A stretch of 63,133 bases of DNA, counting the filler, from Intoshia linei (taxonomy: Eukaryota > Animalia > Orthonectida), in assembly GCA_001642005.1 (NCBI GenBank). It is 6 parts of 6 records of this genome, joined end to end, with 100 filler letters (N's around TTAATTAATTAA, not from the genome) between each part and the next. Parts side by side here need not be neighbours in the genome. Positions count along the whole stretch, not along the records: positions 1 to 31,707 come from LWCA01000340.1; 5 more parts are not named here. One strand, given 5' to 3'. Position 1 is the first letter of the stretch; every line of letters begins with the position of its first letter. Shown here in pieces: positions 11,701 through 23,574 of this stretch. The translations under genes were made by a program, and so were the position numbers. Under the pieces are notes generated by a model. The model was not told where the DNA came from and made no database searches. It saw only the letters and a program-made list of their open reading frames with translations.

Positions 11701-14700
11701 CAAATAAATTTGTATCTGGTAGCTTGGATAAAACTATTCTTATCTGGGATTTATCTGAATACAACTCTGCAGCAAAGTCAAGACTTGAGTGTATATATTA
11801 TTCAATTTTAGATTACTTAAATATAAATATTAATTATAATTAATAATTTTTTATACATATAAATTATATATATTATACCCCGTTTACAAGTGCTGGCACT
11901 GGCATTAGGGTGTCAATTTTTTTCACAAATTGTCGCATCTCGTTGGCGCTTAGTTCTAATCGTGTGTATTGTTGGATTGATAATATTATTCTAATACACC
12001 AAATGTACACAAGACACACTAAATTCTTTAATGTGGTTGACACCCTACTGGATATAATCTTAATTTGCAGGGATGGTATTATCAGATTTTTACTTATCTT
12101 GTTTTAGGTATAATCCGTCCCAAAATATATAAAAACGTTAAATATTTTGGAGTTTAAAAAATATCGAAATTTTTTTTAAAATTTATAGAGTAATTATTGA
12201 GATAAGTATTTGAATTATAATTATAATTAATAAATTTATTGTAATTATCCAAAATATTAAAGTAAATAAAATAGTTTTTTCAAATGTAATCATTAATCAA
12301 ACGAGTGATTTTTTACAGGGCTCGACACCTTAGAGCAGCCATTTTCAACGTGGGACCTGCGGCCCCAGGGGGTCCTGAGAAAAATTTAAATAAATAATGA
12401 AGATACATTTTCGTTGTATAATTTTTATTATATTTTAATATTTAAATTATATTATTTTATAATATATTTTTTTATACATATGTTATTAATGATATTAATT
12501 ATTAAAATATATAATTATTTTTGAATTTTATTATATATCCATATTTTTATTTTATTATAATATTACTTTAACCATAGTTATTTATATTAAAAAAATGTAT
12601 TTTTATAGGCATTAGAAGCAGTACAAAGAATTCTATATATTCAATTGATATATTTAAATCTGGGAATGTCATTATTAGTGGAGATAGTTCCAATACAGTC
12701 CGTTTGACTGACTTGCGTGATGGTGTTTCTAGGATGGAATTACATGGTCATACCAGCACAGTTAAATGCGTTTCACACGTGGAGGATAATAATTTGGTAA
12801 CTTATAATTATAATTGTTCCATGATACATTTATATGTCAACTATTCTATTTAGATCATCTCTGGTGGATCAGATGGGATGTTAATTGTATGGGATATGAG
12901 ACAAAACAAGTTGCTATCGAAAAAATACCTCCATGAAAGGGGTATTTGGACTATGTTGGTATGATATATACCATTTTTGTTATGAAATCAACTTAAAAAT
13001 TTTCGTTCGTAAAAAAATGAAAATATTACGGTTGGACCGTGTCACCCGATAAAGCTTGTAACTGTGGTATAATATAGTAAATATACTATAATGTATCGGT
13101 TTTTGTTAGTTGGTTGTTTTAATAACATCGATAGTATTTAGTTTATAAAAATTTAGCTTAATTTTTTGATATCTTTCCTAAATTTCTAATATATATCTTT
13201 CAAGATTTTGAAGATCCCTTAAATACCCTATCAAATTTTAGTTCAAATATTATCTTTATAATTTTTAAAAAAATTGGAAAAAAAAATTTCATTAAAAAAC
13301 CTATCAAATTTTGGTCACAAAATTATCTTCATAATATTGCAAACCTTTTATGAAAAAAAACTTCCCTTAAAACCCCTTCCAAATTTTTCCCCAAAATCTA
13401 AAACTGTATATCTTCATAATCTACAAAAAAATTGGGAGAAAAATTTTTTCAACAAAAACTTGGTCAAAAAATTAATATGATTAATGAGCAAAATCTATGT
13501 TATGTCGATCCAACAATACATCGCTCAAATGAATGTCGCTCAACTGAATGTTCGCCATATTTACTAATTATCATAATTTTGATCACAGTGGGTTATTTTT
13601 TACGTGTTGGATAGTATTATCGAAATATAATATAAAACTTATTATTAATTCTTATAAGTTTATACTAATACGTATTGAAAATGTTAAAAAGGTTTTAAAA
13701 ATAATATAAACACCTATAACTTTGATAAATTTTGTTGTAGTGAGTGTACCGATACTGGTATCTTTGTTATGCACTTGTTGGTATTTTTCAAATTTGTGTT
13801 GTATTATTTGCTCAAATTATGATTTAGGTAAATAAAGTGGGTCAAAAAATATACACTTCTGGACAACAAGGCTTACTGTATTATTCTGAATTTAATAAAG
13901 AATTGACATCAAAGTTGCTTTATAAAACGCCTCATGATGAATCTATTTTAAATGTAGTGCATTTGTGTATTATTATTTTTTATTCATATCTAAATTTGTA
14001 ATTGTTAATCAGTGTGGCTAGGCTTTGCTTAAGTTTCTCTTAGGATTTAATTGGAAGAAAATTTTTAAATTATAACAATCTTATAACAGATAGTAAATTT
14101 CAATTCCGCTATAAATATAGAAATACGATTATTGCGATAATGTGGTCTGAATGTATAGAATGTTTTATATTGAAGAAATTAAATGCATACTCAAAATAGA
14201 TTTATTTTAGGTTAAAATAGCTACTTAACAGTCTAATTTAATTAAATTAACAGTTATCTAAATTATTAATATTTAATTAATAATTCTTAACTTCAGATGA
14301 AAGATAATCATTAAAAATGTTTATATTTCATATTTACATTACATCTCACTGTAAATAATTAAATTTGACTGAATCAACCATTTTGATTACTCCAAAATCG
14401 TCTGTATTTTATATATAGAAATATCCATACTCTGCAGACCTAACTATAGATCTCTGCACAAATATTTACATACAAATTAATAATGTATTACATTTAATTG
14501 TTACAAATTTGCTTCCTTAAACCTTAATATACTGTTATTTTAGATGTGCATACAATCGGATGATATTATGTGGATCTCTAAAAATACATCCTATATTGAC
14601 AAATTGGTAATATTTATTTTTAGGCCGAAGATTACAGTAAACTATGCGTTATAAGAACACTCGTTATAATAACAGCTTAGTAATAAATTTTGATTTCCAT

Positions 14701-16677
14701 AGTACGTACACAGTAAAATCAAATTCGTTATAAGCTACAAATAAATTCGATATAAAGACAAATTTAAATTCGTCATTGCAAGTTTTAACTAATGTTAAAT
14801 TAATTTTTTTCCCTAAAAATACTACAAGTAAAACCCAAACCTTGGATGCTGGAATTATAAAATTTATTAATGTAAACAGGAATATCGGAAATGCTTAGTC
14901 AAACGTTTTTTATTGATTCAAATGGAAGAAAAGAATATGGAAAATGAAAAAGTTGATATTAATCATTGCAGTGTCAATCTACACGAAGCAATTCAAACAA
15001 TATCGCAATGTTGGAGTATATTAAAGGAAAATATCATTAAAAACTGTTTTAAAATGACTTATAATTTAAAAAGTAGAATATTAAATTTTTTACAATAACA
15101 TTCGTTACAACAACGTTGTTTTATTTTGTTCTTATAACGCATAGTTTACTGTATTAGGTTATATTTTGTGTAAATAATCTAAAAAAAGTTCAAAAATGTG
15201 CTGTTTTGTAAATGTTTTTGTATACTGGCTTTGAATTATATGAATAAATTTAAATATCACAAAAGCCTGTGTTTAGAGTTTTAAAACTCAGTACTCAGTA
15301 AAACTCACCACTTTTTACACACACAGTTGAACACACAATACATATATACGTTATATATGTAGATTTGATGGAAATTATTTTAGAAAATTAGAACTGAAGA
15401 TATGGTTCTAATTGATCAAATACCGGGTATTTTTAATTGTATTATAATAAAATATATTATACTAGGTTGACTGTTATGTACTACGTACAAACAGGACCTA
15501 GCTCTGCCGAGGGCAAATCTTTATTATACTTAAAAGATAAATTCACGTTGAAAATTTAACTTACGTCAGATATTCCAATTTTATAAAATGACGTGACAAT
15601 ACTAATTTTATATTTGTTACAAATGTTTACAAAACTTTTTTAAGAGAAATTTCGATGTTGAGTGGTCGGGTCCAAGCTCAACCAATTTGAATAATTTTTT
15701 CAGGAAAGTGATCACCGTAATATACATAGATGTATGAAAAAACTGTAAAAAAAGAAATACAGTAAATATACGTATGTGTAAAATATTGTTTTAAAAATAA
15801 AAATTTATATTATAACGCGGAACGCACATTCCACAATTGGAGACCGCATAATTGAAACCACTGATGAGGACTCAAACTTTTTCTGAGCCAGGTTGCTAAT
15901 CACTGTTCTATATGTATCGCACTATTATTTATAAAATTTTTCAATTAATTAAAATAATTGCATTTGGGGAGGATTATTATTAGATTTAATTTTACTTATT
16001 ATAATATTAACTATTATTATAATTATTGACCGACTTATTAAATAATAAAAAAGACTTCGACATAAAAAATGGCTGTTTCTAATATAAAAAAATGCCCATC
16101 CTATAATGTATATTTTATATTGATGTTTAGGTTCTGCACCTATAATTGATTTTAAAGTCTTGAATGATAAAAGAAATATTATTACAAAAAAGTCTAATGG
16201 TGAGGTAGAAATATATGACGTTTTGTTGGGAAAAAAAATTAAGTCACTTGGTAAAACTGACTATGAAACAGAAATTACTAAAAGACAAACTATTGTTTAT
16301 AAACATGCGTGGTTCAATGCGGAAATCAAGTCTGGTGTAATTTTTATATTTAATATTTATACGAGTTCAGGTTTATTAGAAAAATTATTCTGATGTGGAA
16401 AAACAGCAACCATTTATTTATTTTTCAAAAATTAATTTACACTTTCGTGTATTTCTTCCCACCCAACAACAAATTAATTTTCTACCTAAAGATATTTACA
16501 GGTACTTTACAATACTTTTTGTATTGTCATTTTTGATTAATTACTCAACTTTTTTCGATCCTGCACTTAATTTTTAAAATTTTGACATACCCTTAATGTA
16601 GATGTTATCTATAATCTTGGATGAAATTGATTGCTTAAATTGCTGGGACGTTGTTGAAGATTGTGCATTTGATAAAG
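8749..16677 (+). CDS. WDR48: WD repeat protein 48 (UAF1), 12 exons, 3'-partial
   Basis: Exons begin at 8749, 9066, 9779, ~10108, ~11667, 12609, 12854, 13828, 14544, ~15384, 16131 and 16603. They encode 'FTIRDEYEKHNKSGVN..LYSGGRDTIIRRW', 'MEHHIDWVNDL', 'ISASNDFTVKVWN', 'HTDYVTCL', 'LNDKRNIITK..WFNAEIKSG' and 'MLSIILDEIDC', collinear with human WDR48. No downstream exons were found. Confidence 0.9.
10470..10975 (-). mobile_element. Internal segment of the Helitron-family repeat (other segments at 4380-4985, 53150-53400 and 57650-58410)
   Basis: Reverse complement of sequence inside the 54223-55364 element. Includes ~130-bp subrepeats containing 'aaaaagggtaatttgggttttgatcgtgaa'. Confidence 0.65.
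11000..11250. repeat. ~65-bp minisatellite array within a dispersed element; a related array lies at 13200-13470
   Basis: About four units of 'aaaaaatattcccttaaaaaccctacaaaattttggt..aaaattatcttcaaaatttttaaaaaatggtag'. Both loci are followed by short (g)tcgctc repeats. Confidence 0.75.
14635..15151 (+). mobile_element. pogo/Tigger-derived internally deleted DNA transposon
   Basis: Perfect 24-bp TIR CAGTAAACTATGCGTTATAAGAAC with TA TSD on both sides. Internal relics 'NTTSKTQTLDAGIIK' and 'CWSILKENIIKNCFK' match the pogo DDE region. Confidence 0.9.
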
Positions 16678-19423
16678 GTTAATTTAAAAATTGATTATGT
16701 AGATTCTAGATTCTAAGTGAATTTATTGTGTCTAATCTAGTGTGTCCATAAGTACTTATTTTTGAGACTTTTAAAATGAGATAAATAAATAATAAATAGA
16801 TGTCAAAAATAAATACTCATAAATACCATAGATAATTTTAGTTAATATTTTACTTTTAATTTTAACACTTTAATCCTTTCACTGTCTGTGTGTTCTATAC
16901 TATACACAGCAGTTTCACTTCACACGTCTGTGTATTCTATGATATACACTAGGGGTGTGAATGTTTTCACTTTCTTGCGAAAATACAAGAGTGCCACCCC
17001 ATACATGGAAGATGGGGTTGAATGATACACAATTATCAAAAAATTATATAAAAAGGATTAAAAAAAACCCTGGGGCAAAGCACTTCAAAATATGAATAAT
17101 GAGCAAAATTTAATTTATTTTGTATAGTAAATTTGATAGTAATAATAATTTCCATAACAATTAATTTTCAATTTATATTTTTTTATATTTATTCAGTTTT
17201 CTCATTGGAATCGNAATTTTTTATTATATTATATTTATAGTTTTTACTTTTTTAGGTTTCTTAAATATTTGTTCTTCATCATACACTAGATATGATATAA
17301 GAAAATGTCTTAAATCATCAACCAGGATTAATTAATTAATGTTTAAATTAATTAGACTTAGGTGCCTAAGACTTATGTCGGACACTGTAGTTATAATTTT
17401 AGTTAAGATAATCAATTTAATTGGTTGTATCTTCAAAGCTAACTTGTTTTAAAGTATATTATATTATATTTATTCTATTAAAATTATATTCCAGAATATA
17501 ACTTTAAAAAAAAAAAAAAAATTTAAATTTTATTTTTGATGAGTATAGCCTGGGTAGCTTTTCCCTATTTCATTTGGGAACATTGGGATTATAAAGGTTA
17601 AATAAAAAACAAATAATGTTCCCTAACTAGCCTATCTTTTCTAAATAGTATCATAGGATAGATTCATAATTTAGTGGAACATGAGTAATAATTTTCAAAT
17701 TTTAGAATTTGTACAAAAAATGGGATAAAAATTTTTTAAAAAAATATTTTTCTTGTATAAAATGTGTCCACATCTCCCGTGCCGTGTTAGAGTAAAATCA
17801 AATCTAACTATTCAACTAAATATATCAAATCAAAGTTAAAAAACGTTAATTATATTGTATTTATTTCAGAAAAAATAATACATCAAAAGATTCATATAAA
17901 TTGAAAAATATCTCAACTGGATATTATCCATAATAATTAAATAAGTAATCAAATAAACTTAAAAGTTAATGTATATATAAGACAAATTATGAATATAAAT
18001 TATAAAATGTACACTATTATTATTGGATAAATGTCAATCAGAAAACTAATAATAATCACAAACATAACATGAAGCTAATTTAAAACGTATCTATAAATTA
18101 GATTAAATGATTGAATCACTTTTAAAATCATTCAATATACTATTAAACAGTTAAAAAAAAATTAAATTTGCTCAAATATATTTAAACCTAGAGCGACATT
18201 TGAAATAACATTCACCAACTTTTTTAAAACTAAATTCTCAATTGGCTCAAATTGTGAAAAAACTACAATTTCATATTCTCACCGAGCACGAATCTTTATA
18301 ACGTTAAAAAATTATAAATAAACATGTAAAAAATATTAAAAATAAGACAAAATAAAAGAATGGTTAGAGGCATAATGTATAGAATTGAAAAATTTTGACA
18401 AATATTGTTAAAAGTTACATGTATCACATTATTATTACTAAAGGCAAATTATTAAAACAAACGAGTAAATAGCTAAATTTAATTATTATTGTAAAAAATT
18501 AATCATAATGCAAATTGTTATTCAAAATTGTCACATTTTATTATGGCACAGGTCAACAACCCAAGAGATTGACATTTTTGGGTAGTAGAAATAATGTAGT
18601 GTATCGATATTTAATTTTATTAATAATTACATCGACTCAATACATTTAAATGACACGTTATTAGAAATTGACTTGATTTTAACTTACAGTTGGAAAAATC
18701 CAAAAAAATTCAATAATCATAATAATAATATTAGCAATACATATGAAACAAAAATTATATTATATATAGTAAATGATCATAATTACACCAGTACGCTATA
18801 TAGGTGATCTAAGGCAATACTTAAAAATGTTTAATATTCATCATTATAATCAGGGTGCCAATAACTATACATATCACTATCTCTGAAATCATATTTTAAA
18901 TTTGAAATTACCTGAGTCCGGTCGGTTTACACGGACTATTTTCACGGCAATGGTCAACTACCAGGTTATAATTAACAATAAAAAAGTATTTAATCCTGCC
19001 GGAAACCGATAAAACTAAAAATAAACAATTTGTTTGTTACTCCTTTATAAAAAATCTATTAAAATACGACATTTATCATAATTAAAATCCGATATGAACC
19101 TACTGTGCAGCTATTTTAACAAATTATCAAGATTATAAAGTTAACAAGTTAATACAATTAAATCAACTAATCCACGCCTTAAAACGGATACAACAAAAGA
19201 ATTTATCAAGTGTATTACATGATAAATTTGAACTCTATTAAAAATGAATCAATCATTTTTGATTGAATTAATAATACTAATACTAATACGTGTTAATTCA
19301 AGTCAAATTTAACAATCAAAATTCATAAAATTGAATAAACTAGAAACATTACACAATTTAAAACCTTTCAATATATTTACAATTCAACAAAAAACATTTC
19401 AAAAAAATTTCAGAAACAAAAAC

Positions 19424-20884
19424 ATGAAACAGTCTCATAACTTGAAAGAAAACTGTCAAAAGTCTCAAATCCCTCAAAAACTTCAAATCATTAAAAAAAA
19501 CCAAAAAGAAAAACCAGAAAAAAATGAAAACACAAAAATACCACTACTAATTAATAAAAACATTGTAACAAACATTAAAAAAACAATTGAAAAAATGAAC
19601 AACAACTTAGAATACAGCTTACCAACAATCCAAAAAATTTTAAACAATGTAGAAAAAAATGAACCAAGATTTGTTCAAATACAAACACAAATAAAAACGG
19701 AAAAAACGAAAAATTTAGAACCGACAAGCTTGGAAAATATTCAAAATTTAATAAAACCTCACCCTTGCATTGAATCCATATCAGAAAATAATTTTTACAT
19801 GATAATATATTTGAACCAAATGGGAGTATTTAATGTAATTGATAATGAAAATACATCAATAGGTTATGCATCATTAAAATTGAATGAAAGTCGAAAAAGA
19901 TCAATGTCACTATGGGTAGAATTTGTGACCGCATCGGGATATCTTTCTGCAAGCAAACTACGCTATAGATTTAGAAAACTCGTTAAAGAATCAATTGAAT
20001 CTTTACATTTAGGAAAAAGTGTAGAACTGGACCCTGCAAGAAATGATGTGTACTTAATAATTGAAAAAAAAATTACGTTTCACTTAGTATTAGGCTTCAA
20101 ATGTAACAACATGTGGCCATTGAGCGCTATGGATTGGGCATACAATTCTATTTTTAAAAATGTCAATTCAATGAATTATATGACTGATTTCAACTGCTCT
20201 GAACATTTTAACGAATTTAAGACGAAAGACGTAAAAGATTATAAAAACTGTCAAAAAACATTTAATTGGATAAATTCTGATATAGTCAATTCTGTACAAC
20301 GACACGGGTTTGATTTAATTAGCAAAGAAAATTTGATATCTTTCCACGTAAATAGAGTCAAATGTGAAAATTTACAAACACAAAACAAGTATAACTCAAT
20401 AAACGGATCAAGCATGATGAATGATAGTGATGATTGGTTTATAGACTTTAGGGTAGCTGAAATCAAATTAATCAACAGTGGAGTCGAGAAGCAAAATCTT
20501 TGCTATCAATTGTTAAAAATTTTAATTGGTAACGCAATACATCTACAACAACATCAAAATAAAACTGAAACCATTATATCAAACACTTACCATTTAATTG
20601 AATATTTTATTCAATATCAATTACGACATTTTGTCATATTAGAATGTTTGAAGCATTCACATGATACAGATTGGTCATATCAACAACTTGGGTTTAGAAT
20701 TAATGGCGTTTTACTTCAAATTATTAATCATATTCAAAATAAAAAATATTGTCATACTTTTATTAATAAACTCAACGGATCTTTATTATATTGCAATAAA
20801 AATTATTCTCATTTTGATGAACGAAATTATCAGCAAATGTCAAATATTATTTGGAAAATTTTAAGAAAGTTGATTATAGGTTAA
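19424..20884 (+). CDS. mab-21: Mab-21 family protein (MAB21L1/2 ortholog), intronless
   Basis: 'EKNEPRF', 'YLNQMGVFNVID', 'LKLNESRKRSMSLWVEFVTASGYLSASKLRYRF', 'GFKCNNMWPLSA.DW', 'GFDLISKE' and 'ECLKH...DW....LG.RINGVLLQII' match MAB21L1/2. First ATG is at 19424; the ORF is open from 19331. Confidence 0.95.
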   Translation: MKQSHNLKENCQKSQIPQKLQIIKKNQKEKPEKNENTKIPLLINKNIVTNIKKTIEKMNNNLEYSLPTIQKILNNVEKNEPRFVQIQTQIKTEKTKNLEPTSLENIQNLIKPHPCIESISENNFYMIIYLNQMGVFNVIDNENTSIGYASLKLNESRKRSMSLWVEFVTASGYLSASKLRYRFRKLVKESIESLHLGKSVELDPARNDVYLIIEKKITFHLVLGFKCNNMWPLSAMDWAYNSIFKNVNSMNYMTDFNCSEHFNEFKTKDVKDYKNCQKTFNWINSDIVNSVQRHGFDLISKENLISFHVNRVKCENLQTQNKYNSINGSSMMNDSDDWFIDFRVAEIKLINSGVEKQNLCYQLLKILIGNAIHLQQHQNKTETIISNTYHLIEYFIQYQLRHFVILECLKHSHDTDWSYQQLGFRINGVLLQIINHIQNKKYCHTFINKLNGSLLYCNKNYSHFDERNYQQMSNIIWKILRKLIIG

Positions 20885-22643
20885 TTGTTATAATAAATAT
20901 TAATTATTAAATGTATAAGAAATTAGTATAATGCGCTTTTCATGAAAGTATAAGATGATGAAAATAACCCAAAACAAAACATTATTTATAAAATTCTACC
21001 ATCATTTTTAATGGGTATTCTTAAAAACCTACGATACTCTCTTAAATTCTTAAACATTTTATATTATTTATATGACATAGATTGATATAGTATTATTAGT
21101 AATAATAATAGTAATAAAGTTACATAATTTTTTTATTTTATAGGTTAAAAAAAACCGCCCTAATGATGACGAATAAAAATTTTCGGTTTAAAATTTATTC
21201 CGAATAAACTAAAAGTGATAGTACGTATTTTTCTGGCCACTTTAACTATTACGCTTAAAATTTTCATTGTTTCTAAGCGTTAAAGCTCATGTAATTATAA
21301 AATGTCATTTTGGGTTGTGGTGTGCAACTATATAACTAATATATAATCAAATATTTTTTCTCATTGCGTAGCCCTTCAAGATGTTTCTAAAAATATTTTA
21401 ATCGGACAAAACTTGCCTAGTAAAATAAAAGAAATAGAAATAAAATGAAAACTAAATATACATAAAATTAAATTAAATTATATTTTAAATATATTCTAAC
21501 ATTTTTGTAAGAATTTGAATAATGACATTTGAGGGGGGGTAAATATTAACTGATTTCATTTTTTTTGGCTAATAAATGCTTAAAATCAAAAAAGACATCC
21601 ACATTTAAAATGTGTTTTTCTAATAAAAAACAGTGGACATCCTGATGCTTAGTATGAAAACAGATTAGAAATCGATGAAACTCTGAAATCTTAAGATATG
21701 CAATGCATAAAGATAATAAGTATAATTATTAGGGGTGTGAATGATACACAATTATCAAAAAATTATATATTAAAGATTAAAAAAAACCCCGGGACAAAGC
21801 ACTTTAAAATATGAATAATGAGCAAAATTTAATTTATTTTGTATAGTAAATTTCATAATAATAATAATTTCCATAACAATTAATTTTCAATTTATATTTT
21901 TTTATATTTATTTAGTTTTCTCATTGAAATCGGTTTTTTTATCAATTCGGCGTTCATGATTCGCTAGACCAGTGGTTCTTAACCTTTTTTGACCTATACA
22001 CCCTCAAATATTGATCTTAATGAAATCTGAAAATATATCACCTATTGATATTTTTAATCAAATTATTGACGACAAAATCATAAATTAATGCTCTACTCAA
22101 AACAAAAAAAACAACCACGTAATGTACACTTTGCAACGAAGCTCTNATAGTAATATATATTTTCATAACAATTAATTTTAAATTTATATTTTTTTTATAT
22201 TTATTTAGTTTTCTCATTGAAATCGGTTTTTTTATCAATTCGGCGTTTATTATTCGCTAAACGATAATTTTGCGCATCTTTATAGCTATTTTCATATATT
22301 AGTTACTGTGAGCGATATATTGTTCAAAACTTTAAAGGCGATGCCCCAGGGTTTTTTTAACAGTTGAGATGTAAGATTGGGTGCAAATTAAATATTTTCA
22401 AAATGTTCATATGGTGGAAGGGTGTACTTTTGATATAAAAATTCGTTCACACCCCTAATATCAGTACAATAGAAATGTGGTGAATATTACTACTATAACG
22501 AGATTATCGCCTCCAAAAGTATTTTAATGGGTTTTGTCGTTGATGTACTCCAAATCTAATTATTCAAATACAAAATTTAACTCAAGTTTAATTCGAAACA
22601 TACAATACCATCCATGTAACAATTGAATAGTTTTTATATTTAG

Positions 22644-23282
22644 ATTGGAAATTCCGGTGGACCTTTAATTGACATGGTAATATTAAATGATTAATAAATT
22701 GAAAAAATGTATTAGTTTGGAGAAGTCATAGGATTAAATGCATTGAATCTACACCCTGGATTTTCATTCGCAATACCTGCCAACAAAATTAAAAAAATAA
22801 TGTCAACATTAAAAAAAAATAAAATAAATTGTATTACAATGAAGAAAATACATGTATATTTAATTATATTTAGACAAACAAGTACCACGGCAGAATAAAG
22901 GAAACCAACCAATTACTATATCAAAAATCCCAAAATCAAAAGTAAATGTCGGTATAACACTATCCAATCTATCGGAACATTTAATGCATAGTGATTTGGA
23001 CGATTCAATAAATACTATTAATGTCGAGGATGGTGTAGTTGTATTGGAAGTTGAGCATGATTCTCCGGCTGATAAGTTTTATTTATTTGTGACTTTTTAA
23101 ATTTACAATGTAGGGCGGGGTTGAAACCGCAAGATGTAATTATTTCAATTAATTCTACAAATATCCGCAAAACCGGCGATTTACACCAATTTATCAAAAA
23201 GAAATTTACATTAAATTTGGATATTATTAGATTGGATAATAAAAAATTTGTTACACTCAAAAAAACCATTGTTCTTAATTAA
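22644..23282 (+). CDS. HtrA-family serine protease with PDZ domain (HTRA2-like), 5'-partial, 4 exons
   Basis: 'IGNSGGPLIDM|FGEVIGLNALNLHPGFSFAIPANKI' holds the catalytic Ser motif. The PDZ reads 'VGITL..GVVVLEVEHDSPADK|AGLKPQDVIISIN'. Stop at 23280-23282. The His/Asp-bearing exons are absent upstream. Confidence 0.9.
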
Positions 23283-23574
23283 AAATTATGATGGAAAATT
23301 TCTTAAGTATACCAAAATTATCCTATAATAAAATGTTCTATTAATATTCCAATTAGTGCAGTGTAAGTAGTATAAAAAAGCAATCTATAGAGGTTTCATT
23401 TTTTAAAAAATTTTTATAGGGCCTAAAATTTATATATGACCGGGCCTACTACTGGTTCTCCACGGCCAACCCAATGTTAAAAATTTTGCTAAAAACTGGT
23501 CTAATCAATTATAAAAATGTATATATAATTTCAAATTATTAAGGTCCGCTCTCGGTAGAGGTAGTGATAAATAT

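Noticed and set aside
11000-13470. Regularly spaced repeats resembling a CRISPR array
   Set aside because: They are contiguous minisatellite units without unique spacers, and no cas genes are present.
3719-20884. cGAS-like protein plus helicase as a CBASS-style or antiviral defence island
   Set aside because: The sequence is eukaryotic, the gene is an ordinary developmental mab-21 ortholog lacking catalytic residues, and the linkage crosses a doubtful join.
8749-23282. WDR48-HtrA fusion gene, or mab-21 nested in a host intron as in vertebrate NBEA/LRBA
   Set aside because: Splice phases are incompatible and both junctions sit on single-N joins next to repeats.
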